From Saccostrea echinata (lineage: Eukaryota): a stretch of DNA of 64,000 bases. The DNA lies in the NCBI RefSeq assembly GCF_033153115.1, contig NW_026889796.1, positions 6,758,001 through 6,822,000 of the forward strand. Direction: 5' to 3'. Both the position numbers and the translations under genes were made by a program. Shown one piece after another: positions 29,201-46,125 of this stretch (position 1 is its first letter; the number at the start of each line of letters is the position of its first letter). Below the pieces are notes generated by a model. It saw nothing but the letters and a program-made list of their open reading frames with translations, ran no database searches and had not been told where the DNA came from.

Positions 29201-29280
29201 TTCTGGCCATCTCCTGTAAATTTCTTTCTGGTTCGCAAAGCTTTCACTGTTGCTTTAAAAACGTTTGTAATATCTGCCAT
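20297..29280 (-). CDS. STX18: Syntaxin-18 (ER Qa-SNARE), 11 exons, 325 aa
   Basis: Exons 29280-29128, 27715-27648, 27441-27332, 27098-27021, 26759-26693, 25670-25558, 24754-24672, 23774-23716, 22109-22040, 21766-21686, 20392-20297; 978 nt. Motifs [62 protein letters not shown] and C-terminal [25 protein letters not shown]. Confidence 0.95.
20676..21583 (-). mobile_element. Decayed Helentron-type element with ~130-150 bp tandem array (STX18 last intron)
   Basis: GACCTTGAACTTGNNNAAATGACCTTGGGTCAAGGTCATGACAC variants about 6 times; CAGACAAACAGATGGAC microsatellite near the right end. Related fragment at about 37150-37340. Confidence 0.6.
22247..23393 (+). mobile_element. Non-autonomous Helentron-type element with ~144-bp satellite array (STX18 intron 8)
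   Basis: Same termini as 1086-2036 (TTTTATGCCCCC..GGGGTATA, (CTGT)n, 3' GTGTTTCATAAACAC hairpin). About 8 internal units; central units nearly identical. Confidence 0.85.
23985..24129. mobile_element. Right part of a Tc1/mariner-type MITE ending TTTGACTG-TA
   Basis: Shares ATACCATG..GATATGTCGAAATGA..GAAGTCC and GAGATAAC with the copy at about 27120-27290, which begins TA-CAGTTTAACTTTGGTATCTCGAA. Confidence 0.55.
24113..24663. repeat. 27-bp minisatellite, about 20 copies (TGACTGTATTTTAGTCTTYACAYGATT)
   Basis: Direct reading. Produces the spurious VKTKIQSNR-repeat ORF. Confidence 0.97.
24844..25167. mobile_element. Two adjacent Tc1/mariner-type MITEs sharing a TA site
   Basis: 24844-24997 (TA-CAGCAAGCACGCTTA..TAAGTGTGTTTTACTA). 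25000-25167 (TA-CAGTTGAAC..GTTCAACTG-TA) with internal inverted repeat GGGGCCGGTAACACACAATGCTTG / CAAGCATTGTATGTTACCAGCCCC. Confidence 0.65.
25818..26200. mobile_element. Palindrome-headed non-autonomous element (possibly Crypton-like)
   Basis: 135-bp palindrome at 25818-25952, followed by a body with TGTGACATCAC and CCAATCA motifs. Confidence 0.55.
28171..28877. mobile_element. Non-autonomous DNA transposon with CAG..CTG ends and 5-bp TSD (STX18 intron 1)
   Basis: TIR CAGGTGCATAGC versus reverse complement CAGGCGCGTAGC. GTGAT flanks both ends (28166-28170 and 28878-28882). GC-rich subterminal hairpins GGGGCTTCGCCCC and CCAGGGCTTTGCCCTGG. Confidence 0.75.
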
Positions 29281-29509
29281 TTGGATGATCTCTTCTTCTC
29301 CAACGTGTGCACAATCTCAAGGCAAAATTTAGAAACGTTTCGAATGCTCCTGAAAATGAAAGTAGAGTTCCGAGTGTAGTGTTGTAAAGTACTGAAAACG
29401 TTTGAAGCTAAGTCAATAATTGCTGGACTCAGATAAGACATTGGAACACTTGATCAAGTTGTTGACAGGAAGGTTTGCCGTTTGGGAAAATGCGAAAAAG
29501 ACACAAAAT
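29281..29509. promoter_or_regulatory. Putative bidirectional promoter of STX18 and TM2D2
   Basis: Divergent start codons are only 229 bp apart; assumes no upstream non-coding exons. Confidence 0.7.
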
Positions 29510-32500
29510 ATGGACAAAATGAGAAATTTAGAAGTAGTCTCATTTGTAATTTTATTCTTTTTCCCATTTGTGACACATTGTGATGAACAGGAGTGCTACA
29601 ATGGCACATGCAAGTCGGAATACGTTCCCCATGGACCTTTGGTTCACTGTAAATACTTGTGAGTACAGCATTTGATTCACATTCTGTTTTGTCAGAAGAA
29701 CTTGACTATATAGAAATGAGCTAGGTTAAGGGTTTACATATAAACTAACCACAATTTAAATTTTGGTAGACCAATGGAATTTCTTAACTGTTCAGAGCCT
29801 CTTGACTTGAATGGGAATGATACAAGACAGAAAGAGCTTGGACATGGATGTTTAAAGGTGAGTTATTAAAAATAATCAGGAAATTCACTATTTCTTCTTT
29901 TACATTGTAGTGATTAACAAGATACTGTAAATGTACATATGTATTCACTCAAAATGTAGCACAATCTTCCTTATCAATTGATTAGTGTATTCTAATCATA
30001 AATTAGTGCACTTGCAGCAAGTCTTCTCTGTTTAAATCAGGGATGGCAATTTGTAAATGGTTAATCGGCTTAAAAAAAAAACAAACAAACAACTTATTAA
30101 AGTACACATTCAGCAGTACTTTGGGACATTGCATTTGGTTCTTTAAATATTCATAGCAGATACTACATAATGTATTTGTGATTGACACATTAATACTCTT
30201 TTAGTATGGAGGACAGAGACATGAGGACATTGAGTACACAGGTGTGGTGTGTTCAGTTCTACAGGGAATCGCTTGTTACGGAAACAGAACTTTCATAAAG
30301 GAGGGGTTTCCTTGCATCAAGTAAGTATTAAATCTGGTTGTGAAGCTTATGAAGTGTGTCTCTTTACATTTTGCACATGCAGATCACTTGTTTATGTGAA
30401 AAGAAAAAACTAGTAAACTTTTAAGTCATTGGGTAAAGATAACTTTAAAAGAGCTAGGTTAGCTTTGTGGTGACCAGACGGGTTAGATTGCTAGTGGCCA
30501 GATTGCTCAGTTGGTAGAGCACCTGACTGGAGATTCAGGGAGCCCAGGGTTCAAATTCTGGTCCATCACATTTCATACATGTGATTCTTCCGGTGGGAGA
30601 CAAAAACTCCCGATATTTCACCCCCCTTCCGCCCCTCCCGATTAATTTTTAAATCTTCCGTGTTTTAAAATTCTTCAAATTAAATATTATTTGCAATATT
30701 TTTTAATCATATTTCATATAATTGCTCAGAATGAAAAGAAAGTGAGATAACAACGCCAGTGCAATAAATTTACACAGCGGTAGGCTTCGTAGGAATCAAC
30801 ATGAGGTCGTATAATTATGTTGTAAAAATTAGTGATATATCAACTTGATAAAAGACCATTGATGTTTATTACTGAATGCAAAACATTGTAATTAGTTGCT
30901 AAAATATCCAGTTGCCATCTTCCAATGCTGCTTTGGTCATTAAAAGATACAGTTATAATGTAGGTCACACTCTAGTTAAAAATAGATCACACTACAGGGT
31001 GTTGCTAAAATATACCCAACTCTAATTTGTTTATTTTTTTAGAGGGTACTTTTTGTCATCTGTACATATTCTATTTAAAAAAAACAAATTACTGACATAG
31101 AATTTGTTACATAAAACTTTAGAATGTTTTACTTCACTTACTAGTTGATATATCAATACTAAATCAAAAATAAAATTTTATCCAATGTTTTAATGATGCT
31201 GTTAACTCTTAATTAATTTACTAGGAAATGAGTTGATTTTATTTTGAATACTCAATTTCACTTCATTTGAATAAAAACTTTATCATATTTTTCTTAAAAC
31301 TAGACAACAACTTTATAAAATAAAATTTGTAAAGTAATAAACTGGGAGAAGGTATTTTTTCCTGAATTTTGGGGGTTGGATGGTCTTTTGCGATTTGAAA
31401 AAATGTCGATAAAAAATCTCCAGCTTTGAGACCCAAACTCCAGCTGAAAAATTTCAAATCTCCAGTTGTGATTTTTCAGTTCTGTCACATGTATGACATT
31501 TTTCTCCTTTCCTGTTACATTTGGTGCCAGGCCATGCTCTGGATGTGACAGGTGAAAGACCTGCCAGGGAAGAGCCTGGGTTGGTGTCTTTGGGGTGAAG
31601 ACCCTTAAGGATAGAGGAGTGTGGCGGTCAGACGGGTTCGATCACTGTTGGTCAGATAGCTAAGTTGGTAGAGCACCTGACTGGAGATTCAAGGGGCCCA
31701 GGTTCGAATCATGGTCTGGTCCGTCACATTTTTCTCTCTCCTGTTACAGCTTTATTCACAAATACCTAATTTAGTATACCTGCAAGTTCTAATCAATTGA
31801 CATCCTAAATGTTGATCCACTGTCAAACATCAATCGATATAAAGACCGAGACTTTGTACAAATAAAAAAGGTTCTTATAAGATTTCATTTAGTGTAGTAG
31901 GACTTGACATGTTAAACATTCATGATTTACATTCAAGCAACCAATTACCTCTATTTAAAAAATATAGTAATTGCATGTAATACTAGTACATTGTATTTTC
32001 TTGACTTTTCAAGTACCGGTATATGTAGTTGAGCAGTTAAAAGCATTTGCAGCAAACTTCCTGAATTCACCTACAGCATATATTGTAAAGTTTGTAATAT
32101 CAAACTTATATTTCACTTTTGATATTTTATACTTTCTGTCAGTGACATATTGCTACCCTTTATGCTATGTCCGATTAAAGCGATCTAAAGGCCTGTGAGT
32201 GGAATATAGATTGCTACTACTTCTCTTTTTCCTTAAGTAAAATAAGTTACAATGCAGATGATTGTCTTTTGCAATAAATTGTTAAAAGTTTTCATTTTGC
32301 TGATATTATATACAGTAACACCATTACCTTTGTTTGACACAGATACAATGGACACTATTTTGTGACCACCCTTATCTATTCAGTGCTACTGGGATTTCTG
32401 GGTATGGACAGATTCTGTCTGGGACACACAGGCACAGCAGTGGGTAAATTACTGACTCTGGGAGGAGTGGGAATCTGGTGGATTGTGGACATTGTCCTCC

Positions 32501-32556
32501 TGGTCAATGGGATGTTGACCCCTGATGACGGCAGTAACTGGGTCCCTTATTATTGA
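29510..32556 (+). CDS. TM2D2: TM2 domain-containing protein 2, 4 exons, 188 aa
   Basis: Exons 29510-29658, 29770-29857, 30205-30320, 32343-32556; 567 nt. Signal-peptide-like N-terminus, [66 protein letters not shown]. Alternative ATG at 29519. Confidence 0.93.
30466..31748 (+). mobile_element. TRIM (miniature non-autonomous LTR retrotransposon) with tRNA-derived LTRs
   Basis: LTR1 30466-30573 plus 31502-31519 (split by an insertion); LTR2 31620-31748; both TGT..ACA. PBS-like TGGTGCC at 31522. PPT AAGGATAGAGGAG at 31607-31619. TSD GCTT at 30462-30465 and 31749-31752. tRNA-like units at 30496-30564 and 31650-31722. Confidence 0.88.
30574..31495. mobile_element. 922-bp non-autonomous DNA transposon nested in the TRIM 5' LTR
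   Basis: 11-bp perfect TIR CATACATGTGA / TCACATGTATG. 6-bp TSD ACATTT (30568-30573 and 31496-31501). Removing it restores the sequence seen in LTR2. Confidence 0.85.
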
Positions 32557-32804
32557 GTCATTAATTAATTATAAAACACGATCTCATATTGCACCAGCAT
32601 ATTGTAATTATTCATATATATAGTGGAAGATATTTTATTATTTAAATAATTCTTGTAAATGTATATGAGTAGATTTTTTTTTTTACATTTATGAAGTCGT
32701 AGTATGGCACAAAGAAGAAAAAGCAATTGCTCAATGTACCTATTCTGAGGCTTGTATTTGACATAAATATATTTATTGAAGGTTTGCAAAACCTATTATT
32801 ATAC

Positions 32805-33295
32805 CTTGTTATAATTATTCTATACAACATGTTATCTGATTGGTTCTAGATTATCACATGACAGGGCCATAAAACTTCACATTTCCCTGTCGTTGTCATG
32901 CTTTTCATCATATTCAACCTCTTAGGAGACCTGGTACATTTTCCCACAATAGTTATCGTTCGTTGAACGAAAACTCCCGATAATAGTTAAGACGTCACAA
33001 TAGCCTGGTTCACGTCATAAAGTTGCTGATGGACTTCTATAAATGGTTTCAGTAACACTACTTTAAAATTGAAAGTGAATTTAAGAGCCGTGCCGAATTT
33101 GAAAGTTTTTGTTTATTTTAAAGTTTTTGCTTGTTTTGGTATAATAAACAAAATATTGCATGAATGTTTGGGAAACATGAAGATTTATTCAGCCAAGAAA
33201 TATATTCCTCTTGGGCGAAGCCCTCGGGGAATATGATTTTACCTGGCTGAATAAATCTTCATATTTCCCTCACGATCATGCAATAAATGTATAAT
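32805..33295. mobile_element. Palindrome-tailed non-autonomous element (possibly Crypton-like)
   Basis: Body with CTGATTGG and GACGTCAC motifs; 132-bp palindrome at 33154-33285. Confidence 0.55.
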
Positions 33296-34450
33296 GTGTC
33301 ATAAATTCTAGTTAAGAACTTAATTCTTGTTCTGTATTTCAAGCTCAATGATATTGACTTTTGTGATTTATTATCTAACACAGCAGTATATCATGTTGAT
33401 GTATTGAGCAAGTATTCTCGATCCTGTTTTAATGTACATGTTGTCTTGCTGCTTGGGGGGATTCTGAAGTACATGTAATTATGTTACAGTTAGAAGAAAT
33501 ATTGTCCATTGAAATATTAGAATCATTCAAATTACTCATTTTGAAAAACTCACATTTTGTATAGAAAAAAATACATCTTTTAGCAAACAAATGTTGCATT
33601 GATATTGGTGCAAAAAATGCTGGACAGATTACAGATGTCCAATTATGAGCAATTAAATGCAGCAATAATAGCCAAATTCGGAATTCCTGTATTTGTACTA
33701 ATTGTAGTATGTGGTACATGTGTATGAATTTAATTTCAATTTAAATCATTAAAAACACAATCCCAGAAATAATTTCAAATTAGTTTATTTGATTTGTTGT
33801 CTTTTGTTATTTACATATATTTTCTACAGTTGTTTACAAGCACTGTACCAAAAAATACTAATGAAAGAATAAAGCATAATTATGCATTATAAACTTAACC
33901 AGAGTTGTTTTATCTCTTTTCTCAACAGTTTGTGCTTAACAAAAAAAAATTAATTTTCCAAAAACTGAAATCAATTCCATCAAAATAGAAATGTTTACAG
34001 TTCATGAATTAAATGGCTTGTCTTAAACAATCAAAGAAGGGACAGTTACACTGTTTATTTGCACATGATTTATTACAAATTAAAAAAAAAAAAAACTGGT
34101 GTAAAAAAAAACCTGACTACGATCCATAATAGACAAGTCCTGTATATATATTATTGCACTTTGTGTGTGTGGAGAGTCACTTTACAACCTTGTGACCTCA
34201 AAGCCTTCCCTGTGTTCATTAAAAAATAGTGCATTTTTATCTTCAATATCTGTGCCGACATAAACAGGAGTAAAAAAATTATTTCAAATCAACATGCTCT
34301 TCTGCATTTAGGTCTTTTCAAAATTCAACAATCAAATACCGTAAATTATAATTTGGAATGGAAGGTAATTTAAACTCCATAAATTCTCAATACACCCTGC
34401 ATGTAATGTGTGTAAAAAAAATCAAAAATCCAACTTTATATAACTGGTTA

Positions 34451-35977
34451 GGGCTATTCCAGGAAAAATTGTATGGGGGGGTTGGAAGGCACTTTTATTT
34501 TTACCCCACCACCCATACATTTTTAATTACCTTCTACCCCACCCCCCATCAATTTAAAATTGCTTTTGATACAACCACCCATCTAAATTTAAAAAAAAAA
34601 ATTGTGTCACACATATATATGCAATACAATTTTATGTACTTTTTCAGGTATTGTAATTTATCTGACTTTGAATGAGTGTTGGGTTTTGACATCTATCCAA
34701 CCAGGGCCCGTTTTACAAAAGAACTTATGACTAAGATTAAAATGTTATTATGCAAATAAATTTCTTTTTTGCATTACTTTAAAAATGTTTTAAATCTTTT
34801 TGAAAAAAAATAAGATAGTTTTATGCCAACAATTTTTAACAGAAACATAAGTTTTGTAAGATTTTATGAACAACTAAAGTTTTTAGTCTTAGTAATAAGT
34901 TTTTTTGTAAAACAGTTCCCCATGTTCCTGCTACAGCTTAAAAAAATATGTTCCTTTAGGCCTATGATACACACCACTGAAAGCCTTTATTATAGTGATT
35001 TGTATATCTGTTCTTATGCATGACTTTGTAGTCTGTAAAGCTTAGGTAAAGCTTTTACAAGTATGTATACACATGCACTAGTAGAAATGACATTCCTACA
35101 ATTAATTAAAATTAATATTGTAAATTATAGCCTAGCTATCCTTAACAATTGTTGTTCACCTTGTTCATAACAAAATGATTCCTGCTTTTTTTCTTTTTTT
35201 TTTTTGGGGGGGGGGGGGGGGACTAAAATTCTGTAGGCAGTGTCTGTGAAGTGAAAACTTTGATTAAAAAAAATATATTTAATGAATTCTAAATCCCATC
35301 TAACAACTTAGACCATTGGTGCATACAAGTTCAACAAGTTAACACTTAACAGGTTAAGGACTGGCATGTTTTTGACATAATATATTTCACATTGTTTTCA
35401 AACTCATATCTCATCTTCGTTTTACTCTGTGCGTGGTATAAAGTAAAATATTTGACTTGCAAACTCCGTAGTCATGCTCTAAACCGTTCATTATCAGATA
35501 CGTTTTTTTCTACTTTCGGTTTAAAATAAAACGATCTTTCTGATTGTTTCTAATATCATTTAATTTACCAATGTAATTATGTTTGATTAAACTGGCGAAA
35601 AGAAACTGGACCAGCGAGTCCAAAGCACAACTAATCCGTTTTCCAATCCCCCACTGTCATTGCAGTCACAGTTGCACATGCTTTTATAGTTATCTGCCCT
35701 TGTTTCCGTTTTGTTCGATTCTACTTTCACTTTCAATGTAAACACACTTTACAACTGTTTAGGACGAAAATATCAGTATTTACCGATTTATACAAAATGA
35801 GAGGAAAGAAATACTTTGCACTTGATTATTTGTGAGGGTACATACAACCACCCATCTAAAAATATATCGAGTGAGGACAACCACCCATACAAATTTAATT
35901 GCTCCAGACCCACTACCCATACAAAAATATATGAAGTGCCGTCCAACCCTCCCGTACATTTTTTCCTGGAATAGCCC
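34451..35977. mobile_element. PIF/Harbinger-type non-autonomous element with TTA TSD
   Basis: ~44-bp TIR GGGCTATTCCAGGAAAAATTGTATGGGGGGGTTGGAAGGCACTT matched at the right end. TTA flanks both ends. Subterminal ACCACCCAT repeats. Nested MITE at 34704-34921. Confidence 0.85.
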
Positions 35978-36551
35978 TTAGAATTTTCTTGAAGCTGATT
36001 CTTAGATAAAGTTCAGTACTTAAAAGAAATTAATAATCTTAAATGACTTTTAACAAGAGATATGTAGAAAACAGTGATTGCAGAATGTAGGGGCAATATC
36101 AAAGCTGAACACAAAAGCTTTATCGTGTAAAATTTATAACATTTAGTGTTTTATTGATGGACACTTTCGAAGGATGTTGATTCAAACCACAATATCTTCC
36201 ATGACCTTGAAAGTCCAGACAGTCATACAAATGGGCAAAATCAACTCCGTTATGAACAGTGGAAGACCACCTGGCCATTATACCAATACTGACTGTTTAC
36301 TGGAATGCACCTCATTTTCAATATCTCGGGGCAAGAATGTTTTCCATATCAGCACTAACAATAAAAAAATATGACTAATCAACCATAGATAATAAATACA
36401 GTTGCTGCAAATTAATTGTATACACCATGCTTATACCACTTAAAATGTAACAAAAAAAAAGCATTTGTTCTTTTCCCACTCCCCTCCCTGCATCAACTGT
36501 CACATGTTTGTAGGTTGATCATAAATAGATGGTTTCTAGCTTTGTACATGG

Positions 36552-42127
<5,576 letters not shown>

Positions 42128-42421
42128 CTAATATTTACTGCCTCAACTTGCAGACACATTCATTTATTGATCGGAAGTGCGTACAATTTAGAACCAAGTT
42201 GGTAATAAATAATGAGTCCGGAATAACAAGTCATCGAGATATAATTCGCAAGGTAATTGAATTATTGCCCTCTACAATGGAATTAATGACATCTTTAATG
42301 CCATTAATGACCATAACAATTATTTCAGAGAGAGCAACTATTTAATTAGTGATAATAGGAGACTCGATAAAATCATAACACCACTTGGTCAGTGCCCCCC
42401 CCCCCCCCCAAAAAAAAAAAA

Positions 42422-43310
42422 AAACAGAGGCCTATGGACCGCAACGCTCACCTGAGTCACTTTCGCCTGCTTTTCTTCATCAAAATTTTTCCCTATAATA
42501 TTTTAAATCCTTATTGTAGCCCCATCCTACCCCCAGGGGACATGATTCAATCTAAACTACCTTATGAAGTTTTCACATAAGTTTCATCTTTTCATCTGTT
42601 CTACCCCAGCGGTTCTTGAGAAGACGACTTTTAAAGATTTTTCCTCTACATTTCAATGTAAGACGTTGAGTCCCTATTGTGGCCCACCCTAACCCCACGG
42701 GCCATGATTTAAACAATTTAGAAAATCTATACTACCTCAGGAACCTTTCACATAAGTTTCATCATTTCTGGCCCAGTGGTTCTTGAGAAGAAGATTAAAA
42801 AAAAAAATCCTCTATATTTCAATGTAAAACTTTGATTCCCTGTCGTGGCCCCACTCTACCCCCGGGGGTCATAATCTGAACAAACTAGAATCTTCATTAC
42901 CCTAGCAAACTCTCACACAAGTTTCATCATTTCTGGCCCTGTGGTTCTTGAGGATGTTTAAAATTTTTCCTCTATATTTCAATGTAAAACTTTGATTCCC
43001 TGCAGTTGCCCCACCCTACCTCTGGGCGCCATGCAATATTTGAACAAATTTAGAATCTATACTACCTCAGTTTCCAGATAAGTTTCACCTTTTCTGGCCC
43101 AGTGGTTTTTGAGAAGAAGATTTTTTAATGATCTCAACCTATTTTTGTCTTTCTTTTTATTATCTCCCCTTGGAAGAGGGATTGACTCTTCATTTTAACA
43201 ATTTTAACTTCCCTTTACCCAAGGATGCTTTTTACCAACTTTGGTTAAAATCGGTCCAGTCCTTGATAAGAAGTTGAAAATGTGAAAAGTTTACAGACGG
43301 ACGATGATCA

Positions 43311-43353
<43 letters not shown>

Positions 43354-43360
43354 ACTAAAA
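42422..43360 (-). mobile_element. Non-autonomous Helentron-type element with ~163-bp satellite array
   Basis: On the - strand it begins TTTTTAGTTCACCTGAGCTGAAAGCTCAAGTGAGCTTTTCTGATCAC (hairpin). About 4 units with GCCCCACCCTACCCC and TGGTTCTTGAGAAGAAGATT. Confidence 0.8.
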
Positions 43361-43364
43361 AAAA

Positions 43365-45530
43365 AATTCTTATGAAACTGCTTATGCAAAGAAAACAGAA
43401 TGGAAGATACATACGAGCGGAAAAAAAACTAAAGTACCAAGATCTTGTGAAGGACTGTCAACGGAATGGATGGAATGCCAGGTATTTAGCAGTAAAATTT
43501 GGATGTAGAGGGTGGAACAGTCCATATGTGGATAGCACTGAGAGCGACTGGTATGACTGGAGAGAAGGAGATTGTTAGGAAATTTATGTACATAGATCTA
43601 TACGGCATTGATGCACGTCGCGCTGTGGAGGATGGTAGACTATTAATATAGAAAAGACAGTTACTAATCTTGAGAGTAGCATTGATGGAGAGCCAAGTGT
43701 TTCCGGGCTCCGACTAGATCATCCAAATGATGCAATGCTGAATACAACCCCAGCAGACAGTATTGATAGAAAAATAGAAGCTATGTATAGCATTAACACA
43801 TACAGTTATGTAGTATATACAATGGTCTTGACAGGTTTGAGATGGAACAAAGGAAAAAGTAACGAAAACAGAAGGAAGCCTAAGAGAGATAGGGGGAAAA
43901 AAGCAAAGATGAGAACAAACTTGCGACTGCTTGGTACGCGGTATAAAAAGGCAACATAGGCGGAGAAATCAGAACTACGAGATAACATCAGAGAACGTCT
44001 TTTAGCAAGAGTAGCACAGAGAAGCGGATGTAAGAGAAGACAGCAATAGAGATACGTCAGATCCGTTCCAGTTAACATAAGGTTGCTAAGAAATCAGGGA
44101 TCTGAAACGCCGAGAAAAGGGATTTGTGGGAAATAAAACGGTGATCCGCACAGGCAAGATGAGTTACGAAAGTTTGAACTTTGAGCAGTTGATACAAACT
44201 TGGGAGACAAATCAACTCTTCTACGAATCACCACCAACGTTTAATGAAGCAGTTGACTAAAAAAAAGAGCAGCGTCAGCACCAGGGCCAAATGAAGTACT
44301 ATATAAAGTTTACAAGAACTGTCAAAGGTGTGACAAGACGTCCATGGAAGTTGATAGGAGTTGTCTTGGAGGGGAGACAGTTAGCTGGAACAAATTTTAT
44401 ATACCAAAGAAGGTAAATAACTTGTACTGCAACAGTTTAAGACAAAACCACTGCTGAGTGTAGAACGAACGTTTCAGCTAGGAGAATATCATGAATATTC
44501 TATTAAATTCCTGAGACCAGTACATATAATCTGGGAATACCACAGAGTCTAAAGGGAGACTACATGTACCAGTAATCTTGATAAAATGCCCATGGCCGAG
44601 ACAATACCTCAAAAATTGTGGAACTGATACTTAAAGGATACCATGTACCGGATAAGACAAGGGCAATTCTGGAATACTATTTTGACCACCTCCAGCTGAA
44701 AGACTTCACAACAGCTTGACAACGCTTAGAACATCACACGATGAACAATATCATTCATATAAAATTTATCCTGTTCTCAGCAAAGATGAATAAAATACAT
44801 GTAGTCAAGTCAGTGGAGCAGAAGAGCAGAGGGCCATGAATTAAATTAGGAGTGGCCCAACTACCTGGGGGAGCATTCATGGACAACATGATTATTACAG
44901 TAAAGACAGTTATTGAAGCCAAGTAACTAAAATCAGCAATCATTTGGGCGAGAATGAAAGTGAAACCAAGTAAAGTTCCTTTAGTAATAAAGAACGGAAA
45001 AGTGACTGAAGAAAGATTCAAGACTGGGTGAGAGACAGTAGCAACAGTTTAAGAGAAACCAGTAAAATGCTTGGGGGAAATCTTCAGTGACCCACTAACA
45101 GACAGCAGAATGTGAGGGAAACCTACAAACAACTGGACGAATGCATGAAAACTGTGAATAAAAATGGTCTGCCTGGTAAATAAAAAGCATAGATCTATTA
45201 GCATGAGATACTTCCTCGCTTGCTATGACCGCTCTTGGTGTGTGATGTACCAATGTTTACGGTAGAAGGGTTGATATCCCTGTGGAAGTGGCTGGGTTAC
45301 CTGGAAGTTTCAGCAGCGGTGGTTTATATTTAGCCCTGAATCAAAGCAAAAGTTGACTTTTTTAAAAATCGATTACAGGGGAATTCAAGGTGAATGAAGT
45401 ACGTCTACACTTTATGCTACAAGATAACAAGAACCAGAGAGAACAGAAACTAGAGGAAACAGAGTGCTGCTTGAGGCATAGTGAGATAGTTGCAAGGTTG
45501 GCAATAGGAAGGCAAGTCCTATAGTCTGCC
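43365..45530 (+). mobile_element. Heavily decayed RLE-type non-LTR retrotransposon (HERO/R2-group-like)
   Basis: Interrupted peptides: KLKYQDLVKDCQRNGWNARYLAVKFGCRG (RLE tail, about 43425-43515); ASAPGPNEVLYKVYKNC (about 44272); AFMDNM (RT active-site region, about 44874); VKCLG (about 45062); GLPGK*KA*IY*HEILPRLL*PLLV (about 45166). Many stops and frameshifts. Confidence 0.75.
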
Positions 45531-45974
45531 TCATGGTGCCATTGTCATCTCTTTTTGTATTTTATCTCAAGATAAATACCTTGACCTTTAAACTATATAA
45601 GTACGATCAATAGACTTCCCTCCCAACTTTCTGCATTCAAACGATCCCTTGAGTTCAGCAATGAACTATATGGATACGTCTACGAGAATTTAACATTAGA
45701 GAAATGGCCGCCACGTAGGATAGGGATCATAATCATAATTTTCCGTTGCTTGCAGGCAATAACGTATATTGTTATACCTTTACAGATGGGTTCCTATATA
45801 CATGTACACGTATACTTAAAAAAGTCAAACATTACTAAGCAGTCATAAAAAATCTATGTTTGACTGCAGAGTGAAGTATTGGACCTGTCGATGAGATGTT
45901 GGACCGCTTACGTCACACTGTGGACGGGATCAGCTAAATCTTATTTGCATTCTTTGGTGTTCGACAGTAACAGA

Positions 45975-46125
45975 ATTGACCGAGATTTACCGCAGTGGGG
46001 GTAAAGGACAAAATGCGTTTTGTCGACCCTCGAACCAAACTGTTTGCCTTCGGCCTAACGGCCCCAGGCAAGCAGTTTGGTTCTTGTGTCCGACAAAACG
46101 CAGGTTTCCGTCGAATCCAGTCAAT
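45975..46125. repeat. ~150-bp imperfect palindrome with central GGCC-TAAC-GGCC hairpin
   Basis: TGCGTTTTGTCG..GAACCAAACTGTTTGCC / GGCAAGCAGTTTGGTTC..CGACAAAACGCA. Confidence 0.8.

Noticed and set aside
30496-30564. tRNA gene (also 31650-31722)
   Set aside because: Anticodon arm is irregular (8-nt loop), stems are mismatched, and both units are parts of LTRs; not called as functional tRNAs.
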